Of a DNA stretch of 64,000 nucleotides, positions 32,247-42,739 are shown in pieces. This stretch comes from Alphaproteobacteria bacterium (GTDB taxonomy: Bacteria > Pseudomonadota > Alphaproteobacteria > UBA11136), in the NCBI GenBank assembly GCA_016776635.1, contig JADHSZ010000004.1, positions 16,777 to 80,776 of the forward strand, given 5' to 3'. The position numbers and the translations under genes are program-made. The notes below the pieces were generated by a model that did no database searches, was not told where the DNA came from, and worked only from the letters and a program-made list of their open reading frames with translations. Position 1 is the stretch's first letter. Every line of letters begins with the position of its first letter.

Positions 32247-33836
32247 GTGAACAACTCCATCGATGATACGAGCCTAACAACCAAAAAATGGCCCCTGGAC
32301 GCCAGCGGATCGGGCTTCGTCTTTTTGGCATTGTGTTATGTGTCCTTCTTCTTTGCCCTGCGGCTGATTCTGTCCTCCACCGTCGGTACCGATGATGTGG
32401 AACAGGTTGTTTTCGCGCAAGCCTGGGCGCTGAGCTATAACCCCAGCCAGCCGCCTTTCTATACCTGGCTTCTTTACGGCCTCTTCAAGATCTTCGGCCC
32501 CGGCCTTCCGGCTTTGGGCCTATTGCGCTATGGCCTCATGTTCACGGCGCTGGTTTTTTCCTTTTTCTGCGCGCGCCGCCTGATCCCCGATCCGCGACTC
32601 GCCACCGTTACCGCCTTTTCCCCTCTTCTCATCTATTACGTGGGATGGGGATGGCATCAGGGGTTTACCCATACCTCTTTGTTGATTCCCGCCTGTTTTG
32701 CCACCTTTCACGCCCTTCTCATGGTTTTGGACACAGGCCGCGCCCGCGACTATCTGTGGCTCGGCTGTGCCCTCGCGCTGGGTTTGAACGCCAAATACGG
32801 ATTTGCCCTGTTCGCCGTGGCGCTCATTCTTGCCGCCCTCATGGAAGAACACTCCCGGAAACGGATTCTCACTCCCCTCATGGGCCTTTCTCTCCTCGTG
32901 GCCACAGCTCTCGCCCTGCCTTCGGTGGCCGGAATGATGGTGTCGCCGGATTCCTACAGCGATGTCTATCACCGCACCATGGAGATGGAATCTCCCGACG
33001 GATATCTTGGACAAGTAGCCGTGGGCCTTGGCCGTCTCGCCCTCTCCACGGTGTCTTTTCTGTCCCCCTTGTGGATTTTCTGCCTGATCTTCTTCCCCCA
33101 GGGCCTCCGCCGCAGAGCCGCGCCAGAGACCACCGAAGAACGCCGGCGCCAGGTTTCGGGACGGGTTCTGGGGCGTTTCCTGATCATCATTTTCGGGCTG
33201 GCCGTGCTTGGCGTTTTCGTCATGGGTATCAGTTATTTCAAGGCCCGCTGGATGCCGCCCATCCTCATTCTCGCGCCGCTCTATTATTTCTGGCGCGTCA
33301 ACCTGGCCCCTGAAAATGGGGAACATCTGCAAAAATCCATCCGCCGTTTTGCCATCACCCTGGCCATTGTTCCGCTCCTTGTCACCGCCTTCTGGACCGC
33401 CCAGAGAACCCTCGGCGATCCCTTGTGTAACAAATGCAGACTCAGCGATCCCTATGCAGCAATAGCCGAAGACATCGCCGCCGCCGGTTTTGTTGGCGGC
33501 TCCATCCTCGCCCAGGATGAACATATTGGCGGCAATCTGCGCATGCGCTTTACCGATTCCCGCGTCGTCAATCTGCGCTACGGTTATTACATTCCGCCCT
33601 TAAGGGAAGGCAAAAACGATACCCCTACAGCGGAGCAATGCCTGATGGTCTGGAGAGCCGAAAATCCTTCCGACCCCTCCCCGCCAGCCGAGCTGGTAGA
33701 TTTCCTCAACCAGCGCCTCGGCCATGACGGTCAGACCGACCGGACACCAAGCCTTGTGGAGAAAATCAACGCCGCCTCGGGACGCACGTTACGTATCGGT
33801 TTTGTGATCCTCGAAGGGGCGGGAATGTGCCGTTAA
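32247..33836 (+). CDS. GT-C-fold (family 39 / ArnT-PMT-like) membrane glycosyltransferase
   Basis: 529 aa. About 11 transmembrane helices with an N-terminal DD-containing loop (STVGTDDVEQ) and a C-terminal periplasmic domain. Confidence 0.5.
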   Translation: MNNSIDDTSLTTKKWPLDASGSGFVFLALCYVSFFFALRLILSSTVGTDDVEQVVFAQAWALSYNPSQPPFYTWLLYGLFKIFGPGLPALGLLRYGLMFTALVFSFFCARRLIPDPRLATVTAFSPLLIYYVGWGWHQGFTHTSLLIPACFATFHALLMVLDTGRARDYLWLGCALALGLNAKYGFALFAVALILAALMEEHSRKRILTPLMGLSLLVATALALPSVAGMMVSPDSYSDVYHRTMEMESPDGYLGQVAVGLGRLALSTVSFLSPLWIFCLIFFPQGLRRRAAPETTEERRRQVSGRVLGRFLIIIFGLAVLGVFVMGISYFKARWMPPILILAPLYYFWRVNLAPENGEHLQKSIRRFAITLAIVPLLVTAFWTAQRTLGDPLCNKCRLSDPYAAIAEDIAAAGFVGGSILAQDEHIGGNLRMRFTDSRVVNLRYGYYIPPLREGKNDTPTAEQCLMVWRAENPSDPSPPAELVDFLNQRLGHDGQTDRTPSLVEKINAASGRTLRIGFVILEGAGMCR

Positions 33837-33971
33837 TAGCGGTAATGTGCGGAAAAGATTGGCGTCCCCTAGGGGAGGGGATGTCAAAACCATAAAAACC
33901 GCAGAAAACTGCGATTCTCTCCGAAGCTCCATAAGCAATTGCTACGGAATTGCTACAGTATGGAGCCACCA

Positions 33972-35603
33972 ATGTCTCATATCCAGAACCTCCAAAAACG
34001 TCCTCATGGTATCTACTATCTGAGAGTCACAATCCCTGCAGACCTCGTTGAGAGATTTGGCTGCAAAGAAATTACACGTAGTCTGGAGACAAAACGTCTC
34101 AGCCGTGCTCAAAGACTGGCGACACTCATCAAGGTCGAAACGTGGAAGGTTTTCTCTATGGCCAGGAATGATACGAAGCTGACTCAGGATGAACTGAAGG
34201 CTGTTGCCAGGCGATTTTTTGAAAAAACCCTCGCCCAGGCTGAGGCTGACCGGTTGAGCCAATCCCTTAAAAAGAATGAGGCACAACATATCCTCGACCA
34301 TATAGCTGAAATGGAATCAAATCTTGATCGGTGGATTGGACAAAATCAGTTAAGCCAGGCTTCCGAACAAATAGATGAAATCTCCCAGACCGAGGGAATC
34401 TCGCTAGATCAGGACAGCGAAGAGTATCGACAACTCGCACACTATGTTCTCCGTGCCCTGAAGGACATTCAGACCATCCTTTATGATCGAACAGCGGGTG
34501 ATTTTGATTCAGGACCGAGAGATTCTCTGTTCCAGGAAGAGCCGTTATCCGCTCCTCCACCCAAAAATCATCCCTCAGGCACCTCTATCTGCCTTGATGA
34601 GCTTATCAAACGATTCCTCAATGAGCATAAGGACGTCTGGAAACCGAAGACACTGGAAAAATACACGGCCAATCTGGATTTTGCTCGCCAGACCCTTAAT
34701 GGACAGATTCCCGTTGCATCGATCGAGCGTTCTCACATACGGGAAGTTAAAGAAATTCTGCAAAAACTCCCCGCTGATTGGGCCAAGAAATACCCTGACA
34801 TGAGTAGTCATGAGGCAGCTTCTCGCTCCGAAAGAGCCGGTGAAAACCCCATGAAGCCCGGCTCTGCCAATGCCTATCTTGGAACCTTATCCAGCTTGTT
34901 CTCCTGGGCGGATAAACAGGGCTTTTACGAAGGAAATCCTGCCTCAGGCCTTAGAGTTCCTGATCCCGTCCGGGCAGAAGACAAGCGTCATCCTTTTCAG
35001 ATCGACCATCTCCAGACCATCTTTCATGCCCCTATCTATACAGGCATGAAATCTGAACGTTTATGGGACCAATCCGGCGAAACCATCGTAAAAAACTACC
35101 GCTACTGGTTGCCTCTGGTCGCCCTCTTCACTGGGATGCGCTTAGGAGAGATAACGGGCCTCAAACCTCAACACATCAAGGAAACTTCGGATTCACATGT
35201 TATTGAGGTCGTAGCGGCCAAGACCAAGGCGGGTATAAGGATCGTTCCTATTCACCCTATCCTTCTCGATTGTGGGTTCCTGGCACATATTGCAGCCATG
35301 GAGGGCAAGGAAGACGTATTCGAGGGCGCGTCACCAAAACCATTCAGCAAACATTTCCGCCGTTTCCTGAACAGCCTAAAAATTTCCGATCCCCATCTTG
35401 TATTTCATTCTTTCCGTCATACATTTACTGATGAGTTGAGAGCCGCAAGGATTGAAGAGCCTGTGGCAAAAGCTTTGTTAGGACATTCGGACGGATCGGT
35501 AACCAGTCAATATGGTAGGGGTTACCCTGTTGAGGTTCTCTCCGAGGCTGTAGCAAAAATCCGTTATGATGGGCTGGATTTGGCCCATCTAATGAAGCCT
35601 TAA
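33972..35603 (+). CDS. int: Tyrosine-type site-specific integrase (P4-like)
   Basis: C-terminal catalytic region HSFRHTFTDELRAARIEEPVAKALLGHSDGSVTSQY with the R..HxxR..Y signature. Confidence 0.85.
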   Translation: MSHIQNLQKRPHGIYYLRVTIPADLVERFGCKEITRSLETKRLSRAQRLATLIKVETWKVFSMARNDTKLTQDELKAVARRFFEKTLAQAEADRLSQSLKKNEAQHILDHIAEMESNLDRWIGQNQLSQASEQIDEISQTEGISLDQDSEEYRQLAHYVLRALKDIQTILYDRTAGDFDSGPRDSLFQEEPLSAPPPKNHPSGTSICLDELIKRFLNEHKDVWKPKTLEKYTANLDFARQTLNGQIPVASIERSHIREVKEILQKLPADWAKKYPDMSSHEAASRSERAGENPMKPGSANAYLGTLSSLFSWADKQGFYEGNPASGLRVPDPVRAEDKRHPFQIDHLQTIFHAPIYTGMKSERLWDQSGETIVKNYRYWLPLVALFTGMRLGEITGLKPQHIKETSDSHVIEVVAAKTKAGIRIVPIHPILLDCGFLAHIAAMEGKEDVFEGASPKPFSKHFRRFLNSLKISDPHLVFHSFRHTFTDELRAARIEEPVAKALLGHSDGSVTSQYGRGYPVEVLSEAVAKIRYDGLDLAHLMKP

Positions 35604-35708
35604 CATATTGATATTTTTTCTGGTTTGGAGGGAGGCCTTTTTTGGCCATCTATTCCTTCAGACCCACAGTTCGATAAACCAAAATTGATTTTTCAAAATG
35701 GATAACAA

Positions 35709-37037
35709 ATGCCATATGACGATGACTATTCAGAACCAAACATAGAAGATTCCCTCAGCGAACAGCAGCATGAAAGAGGCCAAGAGCTAGACTTCTCCGA
35801 ACCTCTGGATATTCATCTCACAACCACCTCACCTCAGTTTTTAGGGGCCGTTGAGCTATTGCTCAGCCAGCTTCGTCAGACTGAGGCCGCAAGGATAGGT
35901 AACCTGGGTAAGATGCGACAGGCTCTGACCATGGTGCTGGCCAACTTGTATCACAATCATGCTCTGCATCCGGATCGCTACACCGCTTATGCCAGAAGCC
36001 CTTCTCGCTATTCCGTAATCCCTCGCTATAACAGGCTCGATATCAAATGGACGCCTGTAAGACGTGTTGCCGATGGGCTTGGGGAGTTAGAGTATGCAGA
36101 ACTTGTCCCGGGTTTCTTCAATCACGATTGGGGGAGAGGGAAACTATCACGCATAAAGGCAACCCAACCGCTCATTAACTTCCTCGAACAGCAAGCCATC
36201 ACTTTCGACATGATCAGGCCTGCTCCGGATGAAGAGGTCATCATCCTCAGGGACCAGGACAAGAAAGACATCGACTACAAGGACACACCTGAAATCAGGC
36301 GAATGAGGGAATCACTGCTTGCCTATAATTCCCACATCGAAGAGGCGGAGATTTTCCTCTCACCAGATTGCGAAGCTCAAATGGCTTCGGCTTCGATATT
36401 CATAAATTACAACAAGAAAAGATCGCGCAGAATCTTTAATCGGGAATCTTTCGATCAAGGAGGCCTTTTCTATGGCCCATGGTGGCAAAACATACCGAAA
36501 CATCTTCGCAAACACATCCTCATCAATGGCAACCCCACTGTGGAACGTGATTACAGCGCGATGCACATTCATCTCCTCTATGGAATGGAGGGGCTAAATT
36601 ATTGGGATTTTTTTGAGGAAAACGATGACCCTTACTTTCTGCCAAATCAGCCTGCAGGTGTAAGAGATTTCATGAAGAAGGTTTTCTGGACTGCTGTTAA
36701 TACCGAAAGCTCTACTAAGGCTAAGCTATCTCTGTTTGACAAGTATGGTCTGAACGAAGCTTACAGGGGTATGGATATCTATGGCCTCATAGATGCTTTC
36801 AAAGAGAAACATAGCCGTATCAGCCATAATCTCTTCACGTGCATTAGCCGCGAACTACAAAACAAGGGGTCTGGAATTTCTGAATTTGTAATGATGTCTC
36901 TGATGGACGAGGGCATTATCGCTCTCAACATACATGACAGCTTCATCGTGGAAACGAACCACAAAGAGATTTTAGATCAAAGGATGCATGAAGCTTTTTT
37001 GAATTTAGAGCTTCCTTCAATCCCAAATATTCATTGA
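35709..37037 (+). CDS. Island hypothetical protein, possible HUH-type rolling-circle replication initiator
   Basis: 442 aa, AT-rich codon usage. SAMHIHLLYG contains a His-hydrophobic-His motif; Tyr-rich segment downstream (KYGLNEAYRGMDIYGL). Inference only. Confidence 0.35.
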   Translation: MPYDDDYSEPNIEDSLSEQQHERGQELDFSEPLDIHLTTTSPQFLGAVELLLSQLRQTEAARIGNLGKMRQALTMVLANLYHNHALHPDRYTAYARSPSRYSVIPRYNRLDIKWTPVRRVADGLGELEYAELVPGFFNHDWGRGKLSRIKATQPLINFLEQQAITFDMIRPAPDEEVIILRDQDKKDIDYKDTPEIRRMRESLLAYNSHIEEAEIFLSPDCEAQMASASIFINYNKKRSRRIFNRESFDQGGLFYGPWWQNIPKHLRKHILINGNPTVERDYSAMHIHLLYGMEGLNYWDFFEENDDPYFLPNQPAGVRDFMKKVFWTAVNTESSTKAKLSLFDKYGLNEAYRGMDIYGLIDAFKEKHSRISHNLFTCISRELQNKGSGISEFVMMSLMDEGIIALNIHDSFIVETNHKEILDQRMHEAFLNLELPSIPNIH

Positions 37038-37340
37038 TTTCAATATATTAAGATTATTTATGTAAAAACCAAGTAAACCTTGATGCCCTACATTATATAA
37101 TACATACCCTGTTACTAGAACATTTTTTACTTATTAAGTGTTTCACCAGTGTTTATAAGCATCATCAGAATAGAGATTTGTCGTATTGCAAATACGATTT
37201 TCCTAGGAAAACTTGGGTTATCAGGCCTACCCTTTTTAAAGGAAAAAGTATGATCTAAGACCAGATAATACGGTTATGACATGGGAACAGTCATGCTCCA
37301 ATGGCGCAGCAATAATCGTAAATTCTGAGGGATAATAATT

Positions 37341-37928
37341 ATGCAACTCAACATAGACGAAAACAAATTGGGGATTGTCGCGGGAATATTATTCTGGATT
37401 ATTGTTGCCCCCATGGCATGGGACAGTGTCTCGCCAAGCTATGAATGTCCCCAAAATCCTCCCTGTCAATCATACGAGATGGTAGAGGTAGAGGATACGG
37501 GCAGCAAAATTACAGTAGTATTATTTACTACAGCCGCAGCTTTCGGAATATATGAGATGTTCCCGCTGGTGTTTTTTCAATCGATTGGCTGGGTCTTTTC
37601 GATGTTTTCTTCCCGACCTCCAGATGACATGACCCCTGGCTTTGGTGATTGTTATTATGATCCCACTATCGCCTCTGAATTGTTGGGTTTTAAGGAACCT
37701 GCTTTGATTAAACTTTTAGAGAAGGGAACACTCCGCGGCAGAAAAGACAGTTCCGGCAACTGGGAAGTTGATTTGGTTGAGGGCACATCCAATGTTGCAA
37801 TCGCCGCATACAAAATGGATCAAAGTGAGTCTGCCATTTATGAAAAATTGGAGTCTGGAGATTTACAGGGATATAAATTACCAAATGGAAAATGGCGAAT
37901 TATAAATAATTCCAATCCCAAATTATGA
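37341..37928 (+). CDS. Island hypothetical membrane-anchored protein with C-terminal excisionase/MerR-like HTH
   Basis: N-terminal transmembrane helix. C-terminal ASELLGFKEPALIKLLEKGTLRGRK...GYKLPNGKWRI resembles excisionase-family DNA-binding domains. Confidence 0.4.
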   Translation: MQLNIDENKLGIVAGILFWIIVAPMAWDSVSPSYECPQNPPCQSYEMVEVEDTGSKITVVLFTTAAAFGIYEMFPLVFFQSIGWVFSMFSSRPPDDMTPGFGDCYYDPTIASELLGFKEPALIKLLEKGTLRGRKDSSGNWEVDLVEGTSNVAIAAYKMDQSESAIYEKLESGDLQGYKLPNGKWRIINNSNPKL

Positions 37929-38242
37929 CAAACCAAGCATTAGGAAAGAATAGACCCATAAAATGCCTCCAGGATGCCCCCAGATTGATGGCATCTATTC
38001 TTATGGGGCATAGCAGTCTAGGCCTTCTGATGCGAGTCCTCGGCGCTCTGACAGCGATGCGCCCCTATTCAAGGTCAGAGCTAGGACATATCTATATCTG
38101 CTGTTGACCATAAGCGAACATTGAGGGCGGTTTGAGTAGCCCTTAACAAGATTTTCACCTCAAAGAACTTGCCTTTATTTCTGGATAAATCATCCGAAAT
38201 CCGTCTTAAAATGAACCGCCGGTAAGACGAGGAGGAAAATCA

Positions 38243-39526
38243 ATGCTTTTTCGCATCATAATACTTTCAATTTTTTTTCTACCCCCCTTTTGGGGATCAA
38301 ATGTTTTAGCCGCTGACACAGAAAAAATTTTTGAAGAGGCCGCCAATTACACGGTGAAAATCAATGCAAGAATACAGGATGCTTTTATCGAGGATGAGCC
38401 AGGCTCAACCGAAGGAGCAGGGTTTGTTGTCGATATAGACCGTGGGTGGATCATCACAAACGCCCACATAGTTGGATGGTCCCCCTCTAAAGTAACAGTA
38501 ACTTTCATTGATGGATCAACGGCAAAAGCAAGAAAAATTTATGTTGATCCCTCTACACACAGAGACATAGCCGTATTAGCCATAAACAAAAACTCTGCCC
38601 CTGACGATTTGGTTGCAGCACCATTGGACTGTGATCAATGGCCAGCTACAGGACATCCTGTTGGGGCCTATGGCCATCCGTATGGATTTGAATACACGGG
38701 AACCCAGGGAATCATTTCAGGGATATCAGAAGAAGACTCAAGCTTATTGGTGGATGCTGCCATTAATCCTGGTAATTCAGGAGGCCCACTTCTCAGTTTA
38801 GATACAGGAAAAGTAGTCGGAATTAACACCTCATCTGTCGATGATGAATATGATCAAAATACAAATTTTTCTGATCCAATATTTTTTTCCTGTGACATCC
38901 TCGATCTCCTAAGGGACGGCATTGACCCTTCACCACCAAAATTTCCCGTAATGTTCCTGGGACAGTCCCTGATCGTAGCCAAAAACAATCTCTCAAAGGA
39001 GGCATTGGACCTGAAACCTGACGATGAAATCATGGGGGTAAAAGGGTATGACGGCTCAATATATAATTTGTCTGATTTGTTCTATGCCCTTCGTGGCAAC
39101 TATGAAAATTTCACCCTGATAATCAGAAGAGGAGACAATGAAATAGAAATTCCTGGCCATCTTCAGCCGGAACCCCTTGTTATCGATCGCAAGGGGATAA
39201 AATTTTCAGGAATACTCATTGGTAGAGGGCCAATCTTCGACAACTCGGAAATCATTAAAGCAGAAAAATTACCGGTCATACACAAGGTTGCTCCGGGTTC
39301 TCTGGCTGAAGAGAATGGCTTCCAAGCCGACAATATCATCTTAGCTGTTGATGGCAGACAATATACGAACCTTCAAATTTTGTATGATTATCTAGATAAA
39401 AGGCTTAAAGAAAAACAGTCTGTAACATTTAAAATGGTAACTAAATCATCGTCAGATTGGGCCTTTTTTGACTATGGTAAAAGTGAATTGGAGATTGAAA
39501 ATCTAGAAATGATTTCAGCCAGGTAA
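38243..39526 (+). CDS. Secreted trypsin-like (S1/DegP-like) serine protease
   Basis: Signal peptide. Catalytic triad context TNAHIV, RDIAVL, GNSGGPLL. C-terminal PDZ-like region. Confidence 0.7.
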   Translation: MLFRIIILSIFFLPPFWGSNVLAADTEKIFEEAANYTVKINARIQDAFIEDEPGSTEGAGFVVDIDRGWIITNAHIVGWSPSKVTVTFIDGSTAKARKIYVDPSTHRDIAVLAINKNSAPDDLVAAPLDCDQWPATGHPVGAYGHPYGFEYTGTQGIISGISEEDSSLLVDAAINPGNSGGPLLSLDTGKVVGINTSSVDDEYDQNTNFSDPIFFSCDILDLLRDGIDPSPPKFPVMFLGQSLIVAKNNLSKEALDLKPDDEIMGVKGYDGSIYNLSDLFYALRGNYENFTLIIRRGDNEIEIPGHLQPEPLVIDRKGIKFSGILIGRGPIFDNSEIIKAEKLPVIHKVAPGSLAEENGFQADNIILAVDGRQYTNLQILYDYLDKRLKEKQSVTFKMVTKSSSDWAFFDYGKSELEIENLEMISAR

Positions 39527-39545
39527 GGAAGTTCATTGAAAACCG

Positions 39546-40193
39546 TTACTTTGAACCCTTCTTCTTGGTTGGACGTGATTTTGGCTTGGCCTTTCTAACC
39601 TTCTGAGGCTTGGCCTTTTTCGTAGTCGTTTTTCCTTTGTCCGCTGATTTAGTGCCTTCTTTTTGTTTAGTCCTTTTACCCTTACCGGCTGATTTCGTGC
39701 CAACCTTTTTCTTTATTTTTTTACCTTTTTCGCTCGCTTTCCCGGAAGTTTTTTTCCTGGTCTGTTTGCCTTTTTTTGGCACCGGTTTTTGTTTTCTGGT
39801 GGCTATGATTTCAGGTTCCTGTTCAGGTGAACCTGTATCCGGACCTGGAAGAAACATCATTTCCGTCGGCATGCTTATGCCTGAACTAAATAAATACGCT
39901 AATTCCTGATATTCAACACTAGATTTGTCCGCATGTCTTGGTTGCAGCTCTTCCTTTAGCTGCCTCAGCCAGGCCTTTCCGTTCATTTTAACGAGAAGAT
40001 TAAACCCATCACTTAAGTCCATCGCATAGCTCGTCTCCATCCGTTTTTGAGGGACGGACGCTTTCATTAATTCCCGTTGGGTGGCCATTGACATGATTAC
40101 ATGAAAGCCCTGTGGGGCAGCGCTTGGTTCACTCTCAACAAAAATATTAGCCATTATCAAATCTTTAAAAAAAATGCCCCCACCGCCACCCAT
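39546..40193 (-). CDS. Island hypothetical protein with histone-H1-like Lys-rich C-terminal tail
   Basis: 215 aa. The last roughly 80 residues are KKGKQTRKKTSGK...KKAKPQKVRKAKPKSRPTKKKGSK. Confidence 0.4.
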   Translation of the reverse strand: MGGGGGIFFKDLIMANIFVESEPSAAPQGFHVIMSMATQRELMKASVPQKRMETSYAMDLSDGFNLLVKMNGKAWLRQLKEELQPRHADKSSVEYQELAYLFSSGISMPTEMMFLPGPDTGSPEQEPEIIATRKQKPVPKKGKQTRKKTSGKASEKGKKIKKKVGTKSAGKGKRTKQKEGTKSADKGKTTTKKAKPQKVRKAKPKSRPTKKKGSK

Positions 40194-40532
40194 TCAACAT
40201 ATCTGATGTCAGAAAATGGAAGGAGGAGACTTCCACTTGAGCATTTAAAAAAAATTATATTTCTGACAATTCGATGATCTAACCCCGGCACAGGAGGAGA
40301 CTGAAGGCATGTTCCATCAGTTGATATGAGAAAAAGGTAATAATTCTTATCAATGTTCATTGCAGGTTGTTCCTATGGGCTGGACATTTTGTATTCTTGG
40401 CTTTGCTGATCTAGAGATATTTATCCAATCCGGTGTAGCAAACTCAGCAATTCGGCCTGCTTTGTTCTGGCTTGATCTCTTTGTGTTTTATGGCCCACCA
40501 CCATAAGATGAATATCCTCTGGGAGGAAAGCA

Positions 40533-40766
40533 ATGGAAGCAATTAAGGATTTTTTTGGATACCTGTTTGGGTCAGCAGTAGGCTTAGCACTAATGGGTTC
40601 GATGTCTCTTGGGATGGCTTATTGGGTCTGGATGGCCATTCAATTAGGCAGCTTTCTCATGTTCGCAGCACTGTTTTTCCCACCCACGATGATCATCGCA
40701 GCACCCACAGGATTATACTCTTTTATATTTGGAGCGCCTGAGTGGGTGATAAATATGTTCGGTTGA
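40533..40766 (+). CDS. Small hydrophobic protein (77 aa, two transmembrane helices)
   Basis: ORF preceded by GGGAGGAAAG. Hydrophobic throughout. Confidence 0.25.
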   Translation: MEAIKDFFGYLFGSAVGLALMGSMSLGMAYWVWMAIQLGSFLMFAALFFPPTMIIAAPTGLYSFIFGAPEWVINMFG

Positions 40767-41048
40767 TACCACTAGACTCAGCGACTAGACCCTAGACCGA
40801 GCAGCAAACGCCTACCTCAAAATTTATTATAGAAATTTCTGAGCCACCTTTCCTTCTCATAAAGAGGCCACCCCTGCCCCCCTGGTGCCCCCTTCTTCGG
40901 CTTATCCCTGTGAAAAAACTTCCATAGCAAAGAGGCCCCCCGCACCGTTAAGAAATTACTACAGAATTGCTACGGTAAGGTGTAATATAGGGGTGCTTTT
41001 GGGCTTCGGAAAGCCGCAGAAAACTGCATAAAACAGCCGTTTTAGTAG

Positions 41049-41124
41049 TGGCGTCCCCTAGGGGATTCGAACCCCTGTTGCCGGCGTGAGAGGCCGGTGT
41101 CCTAGGCCTCTAGACGAAGGGGAC
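41049..41124 (-). tRNA. tRNA-Glu (anticodon CUC)
   Basis: Reverse complement GTCCCCTTCGTCTAGAGGCCTAGGACACCGGCCTCTCACGCCGGCAACAGGGGTTCGAATCCCCTAGGGGACGCCA folds as a cloverleaf and is nearly identical to E. coli tRNA-Glu apart from the anticodon loop (CTCTCAC). CCA is encoded. Confidence 0.85.
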
Positions 41125-41223
41125 GTAAAAGGCCAGCGCGGGTGAAAAGTCTTACCCCATTGCCCCATCGCCCGCAAGACGGCACCTCTCCGGCCTTGTC
41201 TCAATCCCTCCTTCAATGCCCCA

Positions 41224-41562
41224 TCATTTGCCGGCGCAATCAATACAGACGGCGGCGGCCGGATCATGGTCGAGACGGCGGGGATCAATCTCCTCGCCGC
41301 AGGCCACGCAAACGCCGTATTCATCCTCTTCCATGCGCGCCAAGGCCGCCTCGATGCGCACCAGTTCCCGCCTGCGGCGGCTTTCCGTCTCCACCTGCAT
41401 GGCCTGGCCCTGGAGAGCGTCCATGCGCGACACCCGGCCCACCGCCTGTTGGTCCAGTGTCACCGGCTTACGCGTCTCCGCCGTGGCCCGCGACAGAGCC
41501 TCCAACTCGGCCTTCATGGCCCCCAATCGATCCCGGAACTTCTTCATAGCGCGCTTGTCCAT
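41224..41562 (-). CDS. DksA/TraR-family C4 zinc-finger protein
   Basis: 112 aa. Coiled-coil N-terminus and CVACGEEI...CIDCAGK zinc finger. Confidence 0.8.
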   Translation of the reverse strand: MDKRAMKKFRDRLGAMKAELEALSRATAETRKPVTLDQQAVGRVSRMDALQGQAMQVETESRRRRELVRIEAALARMEEDEYGVCVACGEEIDPRRLDHDPAAAVCIDCAGK

Positions 41563-41581
41563 TACAGCCCCACAACCACCT

Positions 41582-42133
41582 TTAGAAGGAGGGCGGCGAA
41601 CAGGCGCTCACCAACTCGCATACCTCGCCACCGGTGTTACGAAAGCGGTGGGGAATGTTGCTGTTGAAGTAATAGGCCTCGCCGGGGCCAAGGGTTCTGG
41701 TTTCCTTTCCCACCGTGACCTCAAGACGGCCGCGCAAAACGACGGCCCCTTCCTCGCCTTCGTGGGTCAACAACACGCGACCGGAATCGGCCCCCGGCTG
41801 GTAATGCTCATGGAGTATCTGCACCGCCTTGCCGGGGCGCGACGCCGCCACCAGCCGGTAGGAGACCGGCCCCTTGCCAATCTCCACCAAGTCCTCGGCT
41901 CGGTAAAAGGCGCTTCCCGAACCGGTAAGCTCGAAACTGAAGAACGTGCCCAGGTCCATGGGAATCCCGGCCAGCACCCGCTTCAAGGCGCCCACCGAGG
42001 GATTGGTCTTGCCCGATTCAATGAGCGAGATGGTGGCGTTGGCGACGCCGGAACGGCGCGCCAGCTCCCGTTGCGATAATCCGTGGGCGCGGCGCACCTC
42101 ACGCAGCCTCTCCATCACATCATCATTCATCAC
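41582..42133 (-). CDS. XRE-family HTH transcriptional regulator with C-terminal cupin domain
   Basis: HTH LSQRELARRSGVANATISLIESGKTNPS, then a cupin barrel (GAVVLRGRLEVTVG...HRFRNTG). Confidence 0.8.
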   Translation of the reverse strand: MMNDDVMERLREVRRAHGLSQRELARRSGVANATISLIESGKTNPSVGALKRVLAGIPMDLGTFFSFELTGSGSAFYRAEDLVEIGKGPVSYRLVAASRPGKAVQILHEHYQPGADSGRVLLTHEGEEGAVVLRGRLEVTVGKETRTLGPGEAYYFNSNIPHRFRNTGGEVCELVSACSPPSF

Positions 42134-42289
42134 ATGCCGTTTCAGCTGTTAAATATAGTTAACATTTAAATATATTAATACATATTTTTCAATGGTTTAT
42201 TTATTAAAAGAAAGCGTCTTGATATGAATTAGTAAACAGCGTACATGAATCGCCATTCTGGAAAGACCTAACAGGTAAGGAAAAGGCAC

Positions 42290-42655
42290 ATGCCGTTCGT
42301 CAATATATCCATCCTCAAAGGCAAGCCGCCCGAATACGTCAAGGCGGTCGCCGATGGCGTAAACTCCGCCGTTATCGAAACCATGGGATTTCCCGATGAC
42401 GACCGCTATCAGGTGATCCACGAAGTAGCGTCCCACTGTCTCGAATTTCAGGGGCGCGAGGGGGACCGGGTGATGATGTTTCTCATCATGCGCGGCGGGC
42501 GGGCTCCCGAGAAAAAGAAAGCCTTCTATAAAAAGGTGGTGGAGAATCTGAGCCGTGATCCCGGCATCGATCCTGCCAACGTGCTCATCACCATCGCCGA
42601 GAACAGTGATGTGGACTGGTCCTTCCGCGACGGCGTGGCCCAGTTCGCGCCCTGA
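42290..42655 (+). CDS. Tautomerase-family protein (4-oxalocrotonate tautomerase-like, long form)
   Basis: Starts MPFVNISIL (Pro1 after Met removal), 121 aa. Divergent from the XRE regulator. Confidence 0.65.
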   Translation: MPFVNISILKGKPPEYVKAVADGVNSAVIETMGFPDDDRYQVIHEVASHCLEFQGREGDRVMMFLIMRGGRAPEKKKAFYKKVVENLSRDPGIDPANVLITIAENSDVDWSFRDGVAQFAP

Positions 42656-42739
42656 GTTATCCCTGCCGAACTTTGAAAAGTATGACCGGCGGGGCTATCC
42701 CCATCGACCATATTCATAAACCCCATAAAAGGATAAGAC

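Larger units (their letters stand above)
33860..41124. mobile_element. Integrative genomic island of about 7.3 kb inserted at the 3' end of tRNA-Glu(CUC), lower GC than the flanks
   Basis: 17-bp direct repeat TGGCGTCCCCTAGGGGA at 33860-33876 equals the tRNA 3' end at 41049-41065. Integrase at one end. Internal arm-like repeats CCGCAGAAAACTGC and ATTGCTACGG occur near both ends. GC drops sharply across 35.6-40.8 kb. Confidence 0.8.

Noticed and set aside
40900-41048. Second tRNA or tmRNA near the island end
   Set aside because: No cloverleaf found. The sequence similarity is to island arm-type repeats, not a tRNA.
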